Positions 19,601-23,765 of a DNA stretch of 23,765 nucleotides are shown piece after piece. Made by a program: the position numbers and the translations under genes. The stretch lies in contig JBJCIZ010001514.1 of assembly GCA_051294375.1 (NCBI GenBank), positions 1 through 23,765 on the forward strand. The letters run 5' to 3'. Every line of letters starts with the position of its first letter. Within the stretch, counting starts at the first letter, position 1. The stretch comes from Paraspadella gotoi. Lineage: Eukaryota > Animalia > Chaetognatha. The notes beneath the pieces were generated by a model that saw only the letters and a list, made by a program, of their open reading frames with translations, had not been told where the DNA came from and ran no database searches.

Positions 19601-22600
19601 TTTATTGTTTCTTATAGAATTATTGAAGTGTGTCGAGTCATAGTTTCTGATATGTATCTTGTTTATCGCGGAAAGAAGTCCCTTTTATAGTATCCCTATA
19701 TAGATGATAGGCCCAGTGAGAGACTTTCTGAGCTGTGAGAATCCGTCGGCAATCTGAAGAGGTACTCACTGCGTCGTCTCTGTCCTTTTTCGAACCTCTT
19801 CTTCTTCAAGTCATGCTCACCCACACTCATACCCAGATCAATTGAAATTCTATCACAACCATGTCAATGCCATGAATTACCGCTACTGCTATTATTAGAT
19901 CTGACATCGTGTACCGAAACGATTTCGCCACTCAGTATCGATCTGTACGTCTTTCTTACTTGTTAAGTTCTCTATCGAATCATATCGATGTCTAAAAATT
20001 TGTTTTCTTTTCTATTATTTTGTGCTTGTTAAAAAAGAAGAATCAAAAGAGCTTACGCTTCCTCGCCCTTCTTGGATGAGACGCTTTCTTTCTTCGAGTA
20101 TTTATTCTTGCGCAATATATTAAGTTTTTTTTTGCATTTTGTTTTCTGCTTGTATTATACCTGGGGCATTGCGCGGATGGATTTGCTTATCAATTTTATC
20201 TGCTGCGCACTGCGACAGATCTTCAGACCGGAGATGTGTGTCGCGCGAGCGTGACTCAAGCGACAGAAGCCTGCGACGCATGATCATGACCTTGTCCAAA
20301 CCTTTCCCTAGATCTTATCTCGTCAAAACGAAGCCACTCTAGAATCACCGTTTCAACTAAATCAGCTCCTTCCGGCTATCTCACTTTTCTCCACTCCGCC
20401 CACGCCCCACCTTCAGAAGACCCGGCAGCAGGAAGTGGTCAGGCCGGCGCACACCTTCGCCTAAAGGAACTCCAACGTGATCCCACCGAGGGGAGTGTCC
20501 GCGGAGCTGCGGGACGGTCTCAGTCCTCGTCGAAGCCTTCAGTTCAAACGCACCCGGAGTGGTAGGGAGGGTCGGGGGTCGCGGATTAACGCGGGGACAC
20601 GCTTCATCCGTCACAGTCAGCCGCCACCCGCGCCGGGGGCTGAATACTCCATCTTCGCGAGGCATTTGTCCGATCGCAAGGGATGGTGACGACCGAACGG
20701 CGTGGTTGCCTGCGCGGGAAGGGGAGTACAGGAAGCGGCAGGCTTCGAGGTACGGTAGTACGAGGGATGAAAATGTGCTGGTCTGAGGGTTTCAGCTGAG
20801 AACAAAGGCGTCAAAACTTAACCAGTCCAGGAGGGCGAGAGAGTAGAAGCGATTGGTGCTATCAGCGATACGTACCACTCGGCAGATCTCCGGCGAATGA
20901 CAGCCCCAGCCGCAACCCCGCACCGAACCCCAGATCCAGGCGCCCCGCCTCGCAGGTAGATAGTCCTGCCCTTCGATAGGCCCCACCGCCTGGCCGGGAG
21001 AGGCGAAGCGTATAGATGGGTCCAAAGTGCAAGGGGCAGCGGTAGTGGTAGTGCCGGAGGTATCGTAGTGAGGTGGGGGACTACCGAAGGCACGGTGAGG
21101 GTAGGATAGGTGAATGAAAGGTGGCAGATGAGACTAGTGACTTGATAGGCTAGAGTAGGCAGCCAAGAATTTAAGCGCAGATACGACCAGAGCTAGGCGA
21201 TTGCCCCGTCAGATGAGCATGAAGTCGTTGGCAGTAGGTGGCGGGGTGTGTACGACGATAAAGGGCCCTGGCTGAGAGAGCCCACGTTGGCGCACCGAAG
21301 ACTGACGGCGGCCAACGAGAAAGGAGTATGTGAGTCTGCTGACGCAGATAGGGGCTGGCACTGTGACGGTAGAGAACACGCGGCGTGGTCGGTTCGTAGT
21401 GATAGCAGGATCTTGCGTGATCGATGGAAGAACGTGGAGTTCGCCTAGCGTGAGGGAGAAGAGGATCTGCAGTCTAGTCCCGTTCAAGGATCTTTCATGC
21501 GTTGGGTCACCGTGGCGAGAGCGTGGGGCAGGTGGAGGTGGAGGATCATCAGCGGATTCGAGTGTCCGCAAGGTGTGAGGGTCCCCCTCGCCCAGGACCG
21601 CGCCCCGGCCCCGCGCCGACCCCCGCCCCAGCGCCGCCCCGGGCGCGAGGTGCGTCAAGCCCTCCCGCCGGCCGCCCGCGCACCTCGCCGCCGCCCTCCG
21701 AGGAGGCTGCCGTGGTGCCAGGCTAGTGTAATAATGAAATGGAGACTATTTGAGGCGAACGACATTTTTGAAGGTGGCGAGTGGTCCCGGCCCCTCCCCA
21801 GCCTCCTTCCCCCCACACCGCCCCTATTTTTTTCTTGGGGACTATAATATTTGCTTTTTTAAAACCGCGCGTTTTCAGCCTTTTTTTGGGCTTTTTTTGC
21901 CTTCATAAAATAACCGACTCTTTGCCTTTTCTTTCCTCCTTCGGTCTTATTCCTTTACTTTTATGACGTTATCACGATTTTTTCTTAAAAAAAAAAGAAA
22001 AAGAATTTTACGGTCCTGGTCGTTTTTCCCCCGAATGCGATAAAAAGTTGGGATTTCGGTTTCGCGTCGCAAATCTTCACGAAGGTCAAATTCCTTTTTT
22101 TTTTCATCTTCCTATTTCACCAGTAACCGAGTTTAAACAAGAAAGGATTCGAGTCTCACTGATAAATAACAATATCACGTGGAAGCGAATGCCATCGCTG
22201 TTGTGAGACGTCACCATCCACCGACAGGGCAATCCAGACATATCGGCGACAATCGCGTTCCACATCCATCCCTCATTTATTTCACTTAATCGAGACGCGT
22301 CTCGCTCGAATCCATTCACCGCGACCACGCAGTTCACTCTTCAATTTTTCAGCCCAATAATCACGATTTATTCTTCAACCGCGGGCCTCGATGCCCCTCG
22401 TTCCCAATGTCGGCTTCACTTCGCGCCTTGCTTCGTTATAAAGTAAAATTATATACCTTTATTGTCTTTTTATTATTTTAATTACGAGTTCAATTCCCGT
22501 AGTAGAATTTAGAAGAAATTAACTTTTCATGAGTTAAATGAATTTTAGACATTTGCAGGCAATGGCGTCAAATTAATTTTACACTTATTACAAGCTTACT

Positions 22601-22823
22601 CTTTTTGAGCAAGACTGCGGCGTTCTGTGTGCTTTTAAATTTTCACAGTTTTTCTATATTTAAAACAAAAAACAATATGACGCAGTAACATATATCATAT
22701 AACAAATACATATTGTATCGTAATCGTCGCTAATGTCTTCATTATTACTTATTACCTGTGCAAAAAAGGAAAGTCAGCCATTATCAGGCATTAATTTATA
22801 TTGACGCGGAGGTTTCAAGAATT

Positions 22824-22858
22824 CGTCGTCGTCGTCGTCCGTCGTCGTCGTCGTCGTC
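22824..22858. repeat. (TCG)n microsatellite
   Basis: tcgtcgtcgtcgtcgtccgtcgtcgtcgtcgtcgtc. Confidence 0.92.
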
Positions 22859-22958
22859 CCGTGGGTTTTCGTTTCGCATAAGTCGTCCCGAAAACAAAGT
22901 TCTGCAAGTGACTAACAACACTTTTTGACCCCCCATCACGTTATTCCGATAAGGTGAA

Positions 22959-22992
22959 AGAGGAGAGAGAGAGAGAGAGGAAGAGAGAGAGG
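22959..22992. repeat. (AG)n microsatellite
   Basis: Direct dinucleotide run with one interruption. Confidence 0.9.
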
Positions 22993-23070
22993 CGGCGAAT
23001 TTGGCTTTGAGGTGCTGGAACCAACTCATAACTCCGTCCCCGACGACAAAATCCTTCAGAAGGTTGCAGC

Positions 23071-23155
23071 AAGAAAGAAGAGAATAAGAAGAAGAAAGAA
23101 GAGAGAAGAAGAAGAAGAAGAAGAGAAAAAGAAGAAAAGAAGAAGAAGAAGAAGA
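23071..23155. repeat. Imperfect (AAG)n microsatellite
   Basis: About 85 nt of aagaag... with A/G interruptions. Confidence 0.92.
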
Positions 23156-23184
23156 CGACCCACGATGTGATGAGATGATGGGTG

Positions 23185-23234
23185 ATTATTATTATTATTA
23201 TTATTATATTTATTATTATTATTATTATTATTAT
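23185..23234. repeat. (ATT)n microsatellite
   Basis: About 16 units with one interruption. Confidence 0.95.
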
Positions 23235-23648
23235 GATGAATGAAACCACGAAAGATCTTCACTAAGCTTTTACTTAAATGACGAATTGATGATGAATGAC
23301 GTAAAATTAAAATAAACTCAAGAATGTTTATATTTATAAATTCAATTAGATAAATTGTGTTTTAAAAACAGTACTTTCAGCCCTCACTGGATCTCAAGGA
23401 TATTTTACAAATAAATAATAATATATTCCTTTAGCCGTTGTGCGAAAAACAAAATTTTAACCACTTTTGAAACAAAATCAAAGAGGAAAAGAAAAAAACT
23501 TTTTGAAAAAATGCTTTTTAATGATGTAAAAACCTAAAAAAGCTAAAGCTTAAAAGCTTATGCAAATGTTTTAACCGTCTTGAGCCTTGGAAACAGGGAC
23601 TGACCTCGAAAGAAGGAGAGAGAAAGAGATACGGAGAGCAACTCCGGA

Positions 23649-23709
23649 GAAAGAGAGGAGAGGAAAAGGAGAGAGAGAGGAGAGAGAGAGAGAGAGAGAG
23701 AAGAGAAGA
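23649..23709. repeat. Imperfect (AG)n microsatellite
   Basis: Purine-only run ending in perfect (AG)n. Confidence 0.92.
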
Positions 23710-23765
23710 TCGGTTCTGTGGATTTCTTTCATCTGATATGCAGAATGAATTTTTGGATAGGTATG

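Noticed and set aside
22941-23262. Poly-I, poly-N and poly-S ORFs
   Set aside because: Translations of (ATT)n and (AAG)n microsatellites.
1-23765. CRISPR array, prokaryotic operon, rRNA or tRNA genes
   Set aside because: No regularly spaced repeat-spacer pattern, no gene-dense long ORFs and no recognisable structural RNA gene motifs.

Overview
AT-rich, eukaryote-like, mostly non-coding sequence with abundant CpG, long A/T runs, many microsatellites and GC-rich patches. I recognise no complete gene, rRNA, tRNA or CRISPR array, and most listed ORFs are microsatellite or chance artefacts. Two structured elements stand out. (1) 6398-7063 is a minus-strand TRIM-like miniature LTR retroelement: two ~235-bp direct repeats, a tRNA-Trp-type primer-binding site, a polypurine tract, an internal ~50-bp tandem repeat and flanking duplicated target sequence. 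(2) 10500-10676 is an 87+3+87 bp palindrome made of two head-to-head minimal hammerhead ribozyme cores, each followed by AATAAA, resembling an inverted Penelope-like pLTR fragment. Weak coding hints include an RRM RNP-1-like octamer, a frameshifted C-type-lectin-like segment and a phase-compatible two-exon candidate. Repeat copies differ mostly by small indels, so noisy long-read or synthetic origin cannot be excluded.
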